From the sequence record PQ429079.1: a DNA stretch of 45,476 nucleotides; one strand, 5' to 3'. This stretch comes from Escherichia phage vB_VIPECOTPH05A. Of the stretch, positions 7,881-17,787 are shown piece by piece (position 1 is the stretch's first letter; each line of letters begins with the position of its first letter). The notes beneath the pieces are model-generated. The model was not told the origin of the DNA. It worked only from the letters and a program-made list of their open reading frames with translations, and ran no database searches. A program made the translations under genes and the position numbers.

Positions 7881-8251
7881 GAGAATAGTTACGTTGCCGT
7901 TGTGATTCTTCAGGTAGGGTTGTGCCTTTATTCTTATTACTTGGTAACTAAAGGGCAGGCCCTAAGCCTGCCCAATAATCGTTACATTTTTACGGTTGCG
8001 AATCTACGGCACATTAAGAAAATCAGATACTTAAGAGATATGCCGCCGATGAGAATATAGCTTGCCCAGGGCAACCGGAGATACTTAGGAAGGAAAGTTA
8101 CAATAATTCTCGTGTTCAGTAAGCCTGCTGCTTAACCCTTTGCTTAACGCACGGGTTAAGCATTCTTACAAGGTGAACAGGAATCAAAGTAACTAAGATA
8201 TAGAAGCATCTTAAACGAAGATTTTCATAATGTCAATAGGTGCAATTATGT

Positions 8252-8280
8252 TTGATTTCCCATTATTCGCAATGTATACT
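8252..8280 (+). promoter_or_regulatory. sigma70-like promoter (TTGATT-N17-TATACT), rightward
   Basis: in AT-rich divergent intergenic region 8061-8311; drives the plus-strand replication operon. Confidence 0.45.
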
Positions 8281-8311
8281 TTGTTTCGTTAACTGATAAT
8301 GGGGTTTGAGA

Positions 8312-8482
8312 ATGACGCAGAATGAGGTAGCTGAGCGCATCGGGGTTACCCGTCGCACGCTGAATAACTGGTTAAAGAGTGGGAAGTTCCCGGATTGTTG
8401 TATTCGCATTATGGGCCGTCGTCAGCCAGGTACGTTTGACCCGGAGAAAGTGGAAGCGTGGATTAAGGAGAATGTAAAATGA
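8312..8482 (+). CDS. small HTH DNA-binding protein (56 aa)
   Basis: MTQNEVAERIGVTRRTLNNWLKSGKFP is a clear helix-turn-helix; below ORF-track cutoff; stop overlaps next start (ATGA). Confidence 0.55.
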   Translation: MTQNEVAERIGVTRRTLNNWLKSGKFPDCCIRIMGRRQPGTFDPEKVEAWIKENVK

Positions 8483-8712
8483 CCGAGTTTCAGTCCCGCG
8501 TATTTACGGCTGTAGTTTCGTTAACGCGTAAAAAAGGGTCGTGCAGCGTTATGGACTTGCGCCGTAGTTATTTTAAGTACTATAGTTCCGCCATTATTGA
8601 AGGGTCGTTGAAGGTACTGGTTAAATCGGGTGTCGTGAAAAACGTTGGTGGGAAATATAGTGCTGTTGCTGAAGTTCGCGGAATGGCTGCTACTTTAGAA
8701 GACCTGGAATAA
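8479..8712 (+). CDS. hypothetical protein with acidic C-terminal tail ...LEDLE
   Basis: 77-aa ORF; C-terminus ends LEDLE like the primase/helicase-like protein and the exonuclease. Confidence 0.5.
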   Translation: MTEFQSRVFTAVVSLTRKKGSCSVMDLRRSYFKYYSSAIIEGSLKVLVKSGVVKNVGGKYSAVAEVRGMAATLEDLE

Positions 8713-8770
8713 AAGAAAGCCCCGACGCGGTGAACGCCGAGGCCAAATTACTTGCTGAAGGAAATACAAC

Positions 8771-11038
8771 ATGTCCGATGTAATTTTATCCTACTCGTGG
8801 TCACGTCGCAACGCGCGGGCGGAGAAAAAGGATATAAACGTCAGAACCACACACACGGCAACACTGGACGACCTGAAAGAGCTAATCCAGCCGCTCTATG
8901 CCGTTCGTGACGGGATTAACCCTAAGACCGCACCGGGGTATATCACCGCCGCGTGCGATTTGACACACAGCACCGTAAAAGACCCGGAAACCGGCGACTT
9001 TAAGCAAGCGCGTAAAGGCTTTTTCTATCGCTGCGACGCGTCTGTAAGCAAATCGTCGCTGGCGTACCTGGACTTCGACAGCGCAACACCGGAAGAGTAT
9101 CAGGAAGCTGTGCGCCTGGTTAAGCGCAGCCGCCTGGCTATGTGCCTCTACACCACGGCATCCCATACCGATGAGTCACCACGCTTTCGCGTCGTCATGC
9201 CGCTGGGCCGCCCGGTTGAAGGCGGAGACATCATCCGTGTTCGCCATGGATTGCTGGAACACTTCTTCAAAGGCATGGGCGCGGACCGCAGCGGTTTCAC
9301 TCTGTCGCAGCCTATGTACCTGCCGCCGGTTGGCTCTACCGTTATCTGGTCGCGCCGAAACGACCTGATTGACCCGGAAGAGTTACTGGAAGGCATCCCG
9401 GATTACGAGGTGAGCAGCGCATCTGACTACCAGATACCAGAAGAACTGCGTACCGCGTTTACTGATGCGTTTGAGGCGCTGGCGTTTGAGTACGGCGGTG
9501 TTATGACGCCCCGCGGCCTTAAGATGCCAGCTACGCCGGAACATGCAGAAAATTACAGCGACCCTACGCCGCGCCCGGACGACTTCCTGCTGTGCTTCCC
9601 GCGCGAGGGCTACGAAGCGCCGAACGTAACCATGATCCACGACACTGACATTACGGCAACCGAAGGCATGTCGCCGAAAGAGGTGTGGAAATATGCGTGC
9701 GATGCGACCGGGCTTCCGTTCAGTGAAGTTGCAGAGGCAATCGGTTGGGGTACGCGTGGGTCAGTTTCATGCAGCCTGGACGACCTGGAAGACGATGAGG
9801 ACTCAGAGGAGGGCGAGCTACCGGAACCGGTAAAGGCTGATTTCGTCGTTGAAGGGTACATGCCGTCGGATTGTATCTGGGATATCGTCGGGGAATCTGG
9901 CACGTACAAATCGTTCTATACGCTGGGGATGATGTATCTCAGCGCCGCCGGATACCGGTTTGCGGGGGCGGATACCCAGCGTTGCCATCACTTCTATATT
10001 GATGGTGAGGGTGGCGCGGCCACACGTACGCGTATTGACGCGCTCGCGGCTAAATACGGTGCGGAAGGTAAAGATTACGTACACGTCATCGATATGGGTG
10101 AAGTCGGCAAACTGAAAAGCCTGATTAAGTTGATGCGTGAAACTGCGGGCGATGAACCTATCGGCATGGTCGCGTTCGACACCCTTAACCAGACCCTGGC
10201 CCTGACGATTGATAAGTTTGACGAGAACAGTTCATCAACGGCAATCGGTATGGGTAAAGTTATCGCCATCCTGAAAGAAGTGCGTGACGCAACTAAAGCC
10301 GCGGTGGGCGTCGTTCACCATACGCCGAAGGGGGGAAAGAAAGCCCGTGGTAGTGGCGCTCTGTATGCGGGGGTCGATGTGGAACTGACAATCGAACGCG
10401 CCACCGACCGACAGATAAACGTATATCACTCGAAATTCAAGCACGGGCCTCAGCAGAAGACGGTTGGCATGGTACTGGAGTCTGTACAGTTCCGCGAAGC
10501 ACCACCTCCGAAAGAGTACCGCGCGGTTGAGTTCGTCGGTAACACAGAGGAATACGGCGCAATCGTAAACCTGGACCTGCCTGAGCCGCACAAGGCGCTT
10601 GTGCTGATGCCGTGGGGCTTCGAGCCGTTCAAAACTGACGAGGAGAAAGAGCGGGAAGAAGGGCTGACAAAAGAAGGTAAAGAAAACGTACGTAAAACCG
10701 TAGAGAACGCAGTCAATAGTTCAGAAGCCACGATACTTGCCGCGTTTGAACTGGCGGAAGGAACCTACAACGGCAACGAAGGTATCACGGTAGCCGCAGC
10801 GAATAAGCTGGCACGGTCCGACCCTAACGCGAAGGCGTTTAACTCCAAAGAAGCCATAGAACGCGGGAAGATTAAGAAAATGGTTGAGGCGGGGTATCTT
10901 GTGCCAGGGACCGACGAAAACAATCAGATAATACCTGGCCGCTACAGGCTTAACACCAGGATAACGGATAACAAGATTCCGAAGACAATATACGAGCCGA
11001 ATGAGATGCTGGTGGTGACAGAGGAGGATTTGGAATAG
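8771..11038 (+). CDS. primase/helicase-like replication protein (RecA-like AAA ATPase domain)
   Basis: 755 aa; Walker A GESGTYKS, Walker B-like MVAFD, arginine-finger region; N-terminal primase-like region; ends EEDLE. Confidence 0.65.
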   Translation: MSDVILSYSWSRRNARAEKKDINVRTTHTATLDDLKELIQPLYAVRDGINPKTAPGYITAACDLTHSTVKDPETGDFKQARKGFFYRCDASVSKSSLAYLDFDSATPEEYQEAVRLVKRSRLAMCLYTTASHTDESPRFRVVMPLGRPVEGGDIIRVRHGLLEHFFKGMGADRSGFTLSQPMYLPPVGSTVIWSRRNDLIDPEELLEGIPDYEVSSASDYQIPEELRTAFTDAFEALAFEYGGVMTPRGLKMPATPEHAENYSDPTPRPDDFLLCFPREGYEAPNVTMIHDTDITATEGMSPKEVWKYACDATGLPFSEVAEAIGWGTRGSVSCSLDDLEDDEDSEEGELPEPVKADFVVEGYMPSDCIWDIVGESGTYKSFYTLGMMYLSAAGYRFAGADTQRCHHFYIDGEGGAATRTRIDALAAKYGAEGKDYVHVIDMGEVGKLKSLIKLMRETAGDEPIGMVAFDTLNQTLALTIDKFDENSSSTAIGMGKVIAILKEVRDATKAAVGVVHHTPKGGKKARGSGALYAGVDVELTIERATDRQINVYHSKFKHGPQQKTVGMVLESVQFREAPPPKEYRAVEFVGNTEEYGAIVNLDLPEPHKALVLMPWGFEPFKTDEEKEREEGLTKEGKENVRKTVENAVNSSEATILAAFELAEGTYNGNEGITVAAANKLARSDPNAKAFNSKEAIERGKIKKMVEAGYLVPGTDENNQIIPGRYRLNTRITDNKIPKTIYEPNEMLVVTEEDLE

Positions 11039-11041
11039 GTA

Positions 11042-11066
11042 AAAAGAAAGGGGCGTTAAGCCCCTT
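11042..11066 (-). terminator. hairpin terminator between convergent genes
   Basis: stem AAGGGGC/GCCCCTT; U-run on minus-strand side only. Confidence 0.4.
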
Positions 11067-11271
11067 CACCGAACGCCAGCCACTTGGCGTCTACTTCCAG
11101 CACTTCCGCCAGCTTGAACAGCGTCACCGGGCGGACGTCCTGAGTTACCCCGAGCGCAAGCTGGTTAATTGCGCCCTGGGAAACTCCAGTCAGGACAGCC
11201 AGACGGCGCTGGGAGATGCCAAGTTCTTTACGGCGTTGTTCTACGCGAATGCCTAGTTCAGATGGTTGCAT
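11056..11271 (-). CDS. XRE-family HTH transcriptional regulator (Cro/CI-like)
   Basis: 71 aa; RKELGISQRRLAVLTGVSQGAINQLALG is a typical XRE HTH; opposite strand inside the replication module. Confidence 0.7.
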   Translation of the reverse strand: MQPSELGIRVEQRRKELGISQRRLAVLTGVSQGAINQLALGVTQDVRPVTLFKLAEVLEVDAKWLAFGEGA

Positions 11272-11335
11272 GCCAGTTACTCCTTAGTTAGTTGATATGT
11301 GAATAGTACCATATTAATTATTTTAGAAAAGCCCA

Positions 11336-11364
11336 TTGACACATGAATAGTTCGCTATTATAGT
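11336..11364 (+). promoter_or_regulatory. sigma70 consensus-like promoter (TTGACA-N17-TATAGT)
   Basis: followed by conserved leader AACGAGAGGAGAGAAACGT-ATG at 11396. Confidence 0.6.
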
Positions 11365-11395
11365 TAGCCCATACCAAACGAGAGGAGAGAAACGT

Positions 11396-11653
11396 ATGCG
11401 GTTAATTGACTTGCTGCTTAAAGAACTACCTAAGTATGGTGGTTGGCCTGCAGGCGCTACGGAATGTATTCGGTTTGTAGATGAAGCGACGATTGACTTC
11501 TACGACTCTACCGGAAACTGGCCGTACGATTGTGCAGAGATATATGGCGAGATAGCATCCGGTCTGGTGTGCGAGCCGTCTAGACCGCTTGAAAGTGAAG
11601 TAGTTTACTACGAAGACTATAAAAATGTGCTAAATAAACAGGAGAACAAATAA
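11396..11653 (+). CDS. hypothetical protein
   Basis: 85-aa ORF with strong RBS. Confidence 0.5.
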   Translation: MRLIDLLLKELPKYGGWPAGATECIRFVDEATIDFYDSTGNWPYDCAEIYGEIASGLVCEPSRPLESEVVYYEDYKNVLNKQENK

Positions 11654-12123
11654 TGTTAGAACAATTCTTAAAATTACTGGAACGTTTCGTAGTCGCACAT
11701 GAACAGATTGCTGCGAACAGCGAGAAACAGGTTGTCGTTGCTGAAACTGCAACAATCGCGCCTACTGTTGCAAAAGAAGCAACAAAAGAAATCCCGGTCG
11801 AAGGTGAAGACATCGTTGACACTAAACCAGCAGAAGAAGAGAAGCCGAAACGCAAGCCGCGTAAAGCTAAAGTAGAGGAACCGACAACAGAGCTGGAAGA
11901 AGAGAAGGAAGAGGTAGACTACCAGTCTCTGCGTGACCAGATTCGGGCTATCGACGATGCGATTAACGAAGGCCCGAGCGATGCCGCGTGCGACGATTCT
12001 GATGAACTTCTGGAAGAGTTCACCGGTAAGAAGATGAAGATTGCCGCGATTAAAGACGAAGACCTGGCTGAATACCTGGAACGCCTGACAGCAATCAAGA
12101 ACAAGTATTTCGAAGAAGAATAA
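11653..12123 (+). CDS. hypothetical acidic protein
   Basis: 156 aa, Glu/Lys-rich (EEEKPKRKPRKAKVEE...). Confidence 0.5.
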   Translation: MLEQFLKLLERFVVAHEQIAANSEKQVVVAETATIAPTVAKEATKEIPVEGEDIVDTKPAEEEKPKRKPRKAKVEEPTTELEEEKEEVDYQSLRDQIRAIDDAINEGPSDAACDDSDELLEEFTGKKMKIAAIKDEDLAEYLERLTAIKNKYFEEE

Positions 12124-12166
12124 TTACCCAGCGGCCTTCGGGCCGCTTTAACTGAGGGTCGGAATT

Positions 12167-12502
12167 ATGAACTACGAGAATTTAACAGACATAGAAATTA
12201 ATGCACGTGTCAGCCGCGCGCTATACGGTGATGTTTCGCGAGGGCATCAGATGGAATTGGCTTCTGGAATAGTAGACTATTGTAACCGTATAGATGACGC
12301 ATGGCCTATCATCACCGGTAACAACATCTCGATTGTAGCTACAGATTTAGAATGGATTGCTTTACCGGATAATGCGGTTATCGACGGTATTACCGGAGAC
12401 GCAACCAGTATGATTTACGTAGATGACTCATGTGTTATTGGTAAAAACCCTCTACGCGCCGCTATGATTGTCTTCTTGAGAACGCATGAGGTGGATAAAT
12501 GA
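12167..12502 (+). CDS. hypothetical protein
   Basis: 111-aa ORF. Confidence 0.45.
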   Translation: MNYENLTDIEINARVSRALYGDVSRGHQMELASGIVDYCNRIDDAWPIITGNNISIVATDLEWIALPDNAVIDGITGDATSMIYVDDSCVIGKNPLRAAMIVFLRTHEVDK

Positions 12503-12771
12503 TTTACCAACTCTACCGCGCCGTCGACAGGCGGGACAACACAGATGCACTATGGCTGTTGCGTGCGCCGTCAGGAGCGCACCAGATGGAAGAGATGGCG
12601 TACTTAGGCAAAGTACCGCGGCCTAAAGATATAGGCCGTCACGTGTCGCAGATTAAGCGCACGACTTTCGCCAAACCTGACTTTTATGTCTTCGAGTCGA
12701 TGTACGGGTGGGCCATGCATTGCCATCACCAGACACGACATTTAATTGACCAGTGGGGGAGCAGGGTATGA
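12499..12771 (+). CDS. hypothetical protein
   Basis: 90-aa ORF, ATGA-coupled to neighbours. Confidence 0.45.
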   Translation: MIYQLYRAVDRRDNTDALWLLRAPSGAHQMEEMAYLGKVPRPKDIGRHVSQIKRTTFAKPDFYVFESMYGWAMHCHHQTRHLIDQWGSRV

Positions 12772-13115
12772 CGGATAAATGGTGGCTTAATTTGCGCAGC
12801 GGTGACAAGGTTTACACCGTCGGTGACCGCAGAAAGAACAGCGGCGTAGCTACTGTGTTACAAAACGGCAAAAAGTACATCCACATTGCGCATGAAGCCC
12901 GGGCGCTCCGCGTGAATAAATCTTCTGGTAGGCTTGAGGATTACCTGAAAACATTAATATACAAAAGTGAAAAGCATCACATGGCCGCTGTTGACGCAAG
13001 ACGTCAGTTCGCAGGAATGTTGCAACAGTTAAGCGACTTACATCGCGATGATTCTTTCACCCCCTCAGAAGAACAGCTACAGGCATTAAACTTGTATTTG
13101 GAGAGTTTACGATGA
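12768..13115 (+). CDS. hypothetical protein
   Basis: ORF 12753..13115; likely ATG at 12768 overlapping previous stop. Confidence 0.45.
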   Translation: MTDKWWLNLRSGDKVYTVGDRRKNSGVATVLQNGKKYIHIAHEARALRVNKSSGRLEDYLKTLIYKSEKHHMAAVDARRQFAGMLQQLSDLHRDDSFTPSEEQLQALNLYLESLR

Positions 13116-14353
13116 TTCTAAAAGAACGCGGCGGCAATAACGATGTTCACGCCTTACTTTCGCCGTCAGGTGCTAAAAAATGGCTGTCATGCGCTGCATC
13201 ACTGGCCTGTGAAAAAGATATTCCTAACACGTCGGGTAAATCCGCCGTTACGGGGACAGCGTGCCACACCATAGCTGAAGTCCATCTCAACGCCTATATC
13301 CGCGGCACTGCGTTGCCGTTAGAGCGTGAAGTTGGCGCTTACGTGCCGGATGAGGGTAAAGGCCAGATTAAGGCGCTAATCAGCCCGATGAAAGGCGCGG
13401 TACTGATTACGGCGGACATGATTGAGCAGGTGCGCAAGTACACCGACTACTGCAAAGCGATTATAGACGTAGCGACTTATGCCAAGCTCGAGATGCGGGT
13501 AAATCTTACTGAGGTGTTGCATCCTGGTTACGAAGGCGTTGAGACGTTCGGAACCGCTGACCTTGTTGCCGTTCAGGAACTGGCAAACACTGGCGAGCAT
13601 ATGCTCCTTATCGGCGACCTTAAAACAGGACGGCATCGTGTTGAAGCGAAAGAAAACAAGCAGCTTATGCTCTACGCTCTCGGTGTTTATCGCCGACTCA
13701 AGAGACGTTATAACATCACCGCGGTTCGTCTGGCCATCTTTCAGCCATACGCTGGCGGCGCGTCGGAGTGGGACATCTCGGTTGAAGGTCTGGAACTGTT
13801 CGCTAAGTTTGCGCAGAAACGGGCGCTGTTAGCTCTTGATGCGTATTTCCGTGGTAAAAAGAACCTGAAAGCGTCGGACTTCAGGCCGTCTGTCGACGGT
13901 TGCCAATGGTGCCGTTTCTCAGAGCAGTGCGCCGCGCGTACAAAAACCGTCAACGCGGTGCTGGCGGAAGAACTGGAGGACGACTTTGCGCTGGAACTGA
14001 CGCCGGAGCAACTCGTCGCTGAGTATGAGAAGCTGCCGCTGTTGCGCCAGCACATCGATAAGGTTGAGAAAGCTATGGCTGCTGCGTTGCATTCCGGTAA
14101 GAAAGTTCCTGGGTACAAGCTGGTTGAAGGTAAGATGGGCAATCGTGCGTGGAAAGACGCGGAGAAAGTAACAGAACTCTACGGCGACAAGCTGACTAAA
14201 GAAGTGCTCATGACGCCAACCGAAGCTGTTAAAGTGATACCGGAAGAAGAACTGAAAGACTTCATCACACGTAAGCCAGGTGCCCCATGCATCACAACGG
14301 CAGACGACAAACGGCCTGAGTGGAATCAGGTTAGTGAAGAAGATTTGGAATAA
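13112..14353 (+). CDS. PD-(D/E)XK exonuclease, Cas4/RecB-like (DUF2800-type)
   Basis: N-terminal HALLSPSGAKKWLSCAASL, GDLKTG, C-terminal cysteine cluster CQWCRFSEQC; ends EEDLE. Confidence 0.6.
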   Translation: MILKERGGNNDVHALLSPSGAKKWLSCAASLACEKDIPNTSGKSAVTGTACHTIAEVHLNAYIRGTALPLEREVGAYVPDEGKGQIKALISPMKGAVLITADMIEQVRKYTDYCKAIIDVATYAKLEMRVNLTEVLHPGYEGVETFGTADLVAVQELANTGEHMLLIGDLKTGRHRVEAKENKQLMLYALGVYRRLKRRYNITAVRLAIFQPYAGGASEWDISVEGLELFAKFAQKRALLALDAYFRGKKNLKASDFRPSVDGCQWCRFSEQCAARTKTVNAVLAEELEDDFALELTPEQLVAEYEKLPLLRQHIDKVEKAMAAALHSGKKVPGYKLVEGKMGNRAWKDAEKVTELYGDKLTKEVLMTPTEAVKVIPEEELKDFITRKPGAPCITTADDKRPEWNQVSEEDLE

Positions 14354-14357
14354 AGTG

Positions 14358-14386
14358 TTGACACCTGAATAGTTAGCTATTATAGT
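14358..14386 (+). promoter_or_regulatory. sigma70 consensus-like promoter (TTGACA-N17-TATAGT)
   Basis: near-identical to the promoter at 11336. Confidence 0.6.
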
Positions 14387-14441
14387 TCTAATCACTGGCC
14401 GGGCAGCTCCCGGAGTAAACTGAAAACTGAGGAATCGAGAA

Positions 14442-15068
14442 ATGGGGCTGAAATTAAATCTGCGTAAAGTAAACACTGCCTGGGTTAACGTATTCGAACG
14501 CGAAAAAGACCGTGAAAATGATGATGGTTCAATCACTAAAGGTCAGTACAGTGCGACTATTATCCTGCCGTCCGACCACGCGCAAATCGACGCGCTCTAC
14601 GACACCGTTTACGCTGTAGTTGAAGAAGCGTTAGGTGCAGCCGCCGCTGAGAAGTGGATGAAGTCTAACTACGGCGAAGGTAAGCACATGGATAAATGTG
14701 CGATTAAAGACATTGCTGAGCGTGACAATCCGTTTGAAGACTTCCCGGAAGGCTTCTACTTCAAAGCGAAGGCACAGAAACAGCCGCTGATTGTTACCTC
14801 TAAAAAAGGTGAGACTCAGGTAGAGCAGGACTTCAATGTAGACGGCGAACAGATTGAAGGTGAACAAGTTTACAGCGGCTGCGTCGCTAACGTAAGCGTC
14901 GAAATCTGGTTCAGCCAGAAATACAAAGTCCTCGGCGTTAACCTGCTGGCTATTAAATACGTAGGCGAAGGTAAAGCGTTCGGCGGTTCTAAAGTCGCCG
15001 CAAGCGTCAATGACCTGGAAGATGACGAAGAAGATGAAGCACCGCGCCGCGAACGTCGCCGCCGCTAA
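14442..15068 (+). CDS. ssDNA-binding protein (DUF2815/T7 gp2.5-like, acidic C-terminus)
   Basis: 208 aa; C-terminal NDLEDDEEDE tail; sits between exonuclease and polymerase. Confidence 0.55.
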   Translation: MGLKLNLRKVNTAWVNVFEREKDRENDDGSITKGQYSATIILPSDHAQIDALYDTVYAVVEEALGAAAAEKWMKSNYGEGKHMDKCAIKDIAERDNPFEDFPEGFYFKAKAQKQPLIVTSKKGETQVEQDFNVDGEQIEGEQVYSGCVANVSVEIWFSQKYKVLGVNLLAIKYVGEGKAFGGSKVAASVNDLEDDEEDEAPRRERRRR

Positions 15069-15087
15069 TATCTGAATGAATTTAACT

Positions 15088-15110
15088 AAGGCCCTTCATT
15101 GGGCCTTTTT
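15088..15110 (+). terminator. rho-independent terminator
   Basis: stem AAGGCCC/GGGCCTT followed by TTTTT. Confidence 0.6.
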
Positions 15111-15122
15111 ACCGGAGTCAGA

Positions 15123-15596
15123 ATGGAACATATAAAAGATTTTCTTAGCTATAACCGAGAAACCGGAATATTCACATGGATACAACCTACATACAGACGA
15201 GGGAAACCTGGAGACATCGCAGGATGCATCAATAGTAGTGGATACTGGCGAATACCTTATATGGGTAGATATTACATGGCCCACAGGCTCGCTTGGTTTT
15301 TCGAGTACGGTGAATGGCCCGAGGGTCCTCTTGACCACATAAACCGTGACAGGTTAGACAATAGGATTTCTAACCTAAGGAAAGCAACCACCGCAGATAA
15401 TGTGCGAAACGCTAAAAATAAGGGGGCTAGAACGGGAGTTAAGGGAGTAGTTAAAACCGGCAACCGATTTTATGGGCGGGTACATTTTAACTACAAAAGT
15501 TATAATGCGGGTAGCTACGGAACTCTTGAAGAAGCAGAAAGCGCTGTAAAGAAATTAAGAGAAAAATTGCATAAGGAATTTTATTGCCATGGCTAG
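15123..15596 (+). CDS. HNH homing endonuclease with AP2 domain
   Basis: ORF 15099..15596; likely ATG at 15123; HNH motif LDHINRDRLDNRISNLR, AP2-like C-terminus; stop overlaps polymerase start. Confidence 0.75.
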   Translation: MEHIKDFLSYNRETGIFTWIQPTYRRGKPGDIAGCINSSGYWRIPYMGRYYMAHRLAWFFEYGEWPEGPLDHINRDRLDNRISNLRKATTADNVRNAKNKGARTGVKGVVKTGNRFYGRVHFNYKSYNAGSYGTLEEAESAVKKLREKLHKEFYCHG

Positions 15597-17787
15597 TTTA
15601 TTATACCTGGATACCGAGACATTCTCCGAAGCGGACTTAAAGAAAGTCGGGTCGTATGCGTATGCGGAGCACCCAACGACAGAGGTTATAATTTGTACAT
15701 ATGCCGTTGATGATGGCCCTGTAGAAATATGGGATTGCACTTCCGAACCTGTAATGCCGATAAGCCTCTGTGTGGCTCTCCGTAATGTTATGCGTGGGCG
15801 TATGAAAATCGTGGGCCATAACTTTTTAATGTTCGACAGGCTCGTCATGAAACACTGCTGGGGCTTTGATATTCCGGTAAGCAACACCATTGATACGATG
15901 ATTTGGGCGTTTCGTCACGCGCTGCCGGGTTCACTTGATGCCTTGTGCGAAGTGTTGGGCGTATCAGCAGACAATGCGAAAGATAAACGCGGCAAGGCGC
16001 TGATTCAGCGTTTCTCTAAACCGACGCCGAAGAACTACAAAATCCGCCGTTACACTGCCGAAACGCACCCGGACGAGTGGGCGCTGTTTATCAAATACGC
16101 CGTGAGCGACATCACTGCGATGCGTGAGGTCTTCCATAAGCTGCCGCGTTGGGGTAACTCAGAGTTCGAAGACCGTGTACTGGAACTGGACCAGTTAATC
16201 AACGACCGCGGGTTTAAGGTCGACGTTGCGCTGGCAGAAGCCGCGATTGAAGCCGTGGAGAAACACAAAGCGCAGTTACAAGAAGAAACCCAACGTAAAT
16301 ACGGTGGCTCTCTTACCGGTAAAGACTTTCTGCCGATTCTGCGTGAACTGGCGCCTGCGCATCGCATCCACAACGCGCAGAAGTCTACGCTTAACGACCT
16401 GCTGGCGGACGATGATTTACCGGACGACGCCCGCGCGATTATCGAAATGCGCCTTGGAGCCGCGTCGACAGCGTCTACGAAATATAACCCGCTGCTGCTG
16501 GGACGCTCGTCGGACGACCGCCGTCGTGGTTGCTTGCAGTACGGCGGGGCGAAACGCACTCTGCGATGGGCGGGTAAAGGCTTCCAGCCGCAGAACCTGG
16601 CACGCGGGTATTATCACGATGATGAGCTGGATAAAGGCATTTCTGCGTTACTTAAGGGTCGCGCTCATCGCCGTTTTGACGTAGCCAAACTAACGGCATC
16701 GACGGTTCGTAGCTGCATCATACCGGAAGCTGGGCACAAGTTTGTCGTCGCCGATTACTCTAACGTTGAAGGCCGTGGGCTTGCGTGGCTGGCGGGAGAA
16801 GAAACTGCGCTGGATACGTTCCGTGCAGGGCTGGATATTTACTGCGTAACCGCAGGTAAGATGTTCGGCATGGACCCCGACGATATTAAGAAAAACTTCA
16901 AGGAAATCAGACAGATAGGCAAGGCTTGCGAGCTTGGCCTCGGCTATGAGGGCGGAGTCGGAGCGTTCGTTACGTTCGCCAAAAACTTAGGTCTTGACCT
17001 TATTGAGATGGCAAAAACAATGGATGGTACATTCCCTGACCACATCTGGTCAGCCACCGCGAGAGGATATGAATGGGCGCGCATCCAGGAAGCCAAGCGA
17101 CCCCCGCATCCAGGTGAAAAGGACGACAGACCATCATATATTCTGGACAAGAAAGTGTGGCGCACATGCGACGCAATCAAACGTATGTGGCGTGAGTCAC
17201 ACCCTGAAACAGTAGCGTTCTGGCGTGACCTTAAAGACGGAATTTTAGCCGCTGTTCGTAATCCTGGTCGTGAATTTTGGGCGGGGGCGCACTTGCGCAG
17301 GAATGGGGAAAGGGCCATCCGCGTATGGCGTACGGTAGAATTTGATTCGTCGGGCAGGAAGGTTCCCGGTTGGTGGCTTTGTATGGAGTTGCCGTCAGGC
17401 CGTATCCTCTCGTATCCGGGAATCGGCGTTAGCGTGACAAAGGAAACCGACGAAGACGGACGGGTAAATACGAATGTGCGAATCAAGTATCAGGGCGAAA
17501 ACCAGTTAACCCGTCAGTGGACTACCCTGCACACACACGGCGGCAAAGCCTGTGAAAACCTGGTCCAAGCGCTGTGCCGTGATTTACTTGCGTATGCGAT
17601 GATTAACGTTGAGCGCGGTGGGTACCCTATCGTACTTTCGGTACATGATGAACTGGTATGTGAAACTCCAGATACGCCCGATTACACGGTACCTGATCTG
17701 GAAAAATTAATGTGTGCGTTGCCAGAGTGGGCGGAGGGGTTCCCTCTTGTAGCGGAAGGTAGCGAAATGTACAGATATGCTAAATGA
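15589..17787 (+). CDS. DNA polymerase, family A (T7-like) with 3'-5' exonuclease domain
   Basis: Exo motif YLDTETFS; pol motif A DYSNVEGR, motif B KACELGLGYEGG, motif C VHDELV. Confidence 0.85.
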   Translation: MASLLYLDTETFSEADLKKVGSYAYAEHPTTEVIICTYAVDDGPVEIWDCTSEPVMPISLCVALRNVMRGRMKIVGHNFLMFDRLVMKHCWGFDIPVSNTIDTMIWAFRHALPGSLDALCEVLGVSADNAKDKRGKALIQRFSKPTPKNYKIRRYTAETHPDEWALFIKYAVSDITAMREVFHKLPRWGNSEFEDRVLELDQLINDRGFKVDVALAEAAIEAVEKHKAQLQEETQRKYGGSLTGKDFLPILRELAPAHRIHNAQKSTLNDLLADDDLPDDARAIIEMRLGAASTASTKYNPLLLGRSSDDRRRGCLQYGGAKRTLRWAGKGFQPQNLARGYYHDDELDKGISALLKGRAHRRFDVAKLTASTVRSCIIPEAGHKFVVADYSNVEGRGLAWLAGEETALDTFRAGLDIYCVTAGKMFGMDPDDIKKNFKEIRQIGKACELGLGYEGGVGAFVTFAKNLGLDLIEMAKTMDGTFPDHIWSATARGYEWARIQEAKRPPHPGEKDDRPSYILDKKVWRTCDAIKRMWRESHPETVAFWRDLKDGILAAVRNPGREFWAGAHLRRNGERAIRVWRTVEFDSSGRKVPGWWLCMELPSGRILSYPGIGVSVTKETDEDGRVNTNVRIKYQGENQLTRQWTTLHTHGGKACENLVQALCRDLLAYAMINVERGGYPIVLSVHDELVCETPDTPDYTVPDLEKLMCALPEWAEGFPLVAEGSEMYRYAK

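Noticed and set aside
9148-10731. Series of minus-strand ORFs of 82-118 aa inside the primase/helicase-like gene
   Set aside because: Antisense to a gene with Walker motifs; no regulatory context.
11056-11271. Lysogeny module implied by the XRE repressor-like gene
   Set aside because: No integrase, excisionase-plus-attachment site or partition genes anywhere in the window; an HTH regulator alone does not support a temperate lifestyle.
13919-14536. 205-aa minus-strand ORF
   Set aside because: Antisense to the exonuclease gene and the SSB start; Phe/Arg-rich composition; no start context.
16050-16559. 169-aa minus-strand ORF inside the DNA polymerase gene
   Set aside because: Antisense to a gene with clear polymerase motifs; Ser/Arg-rich low-complexity translation.
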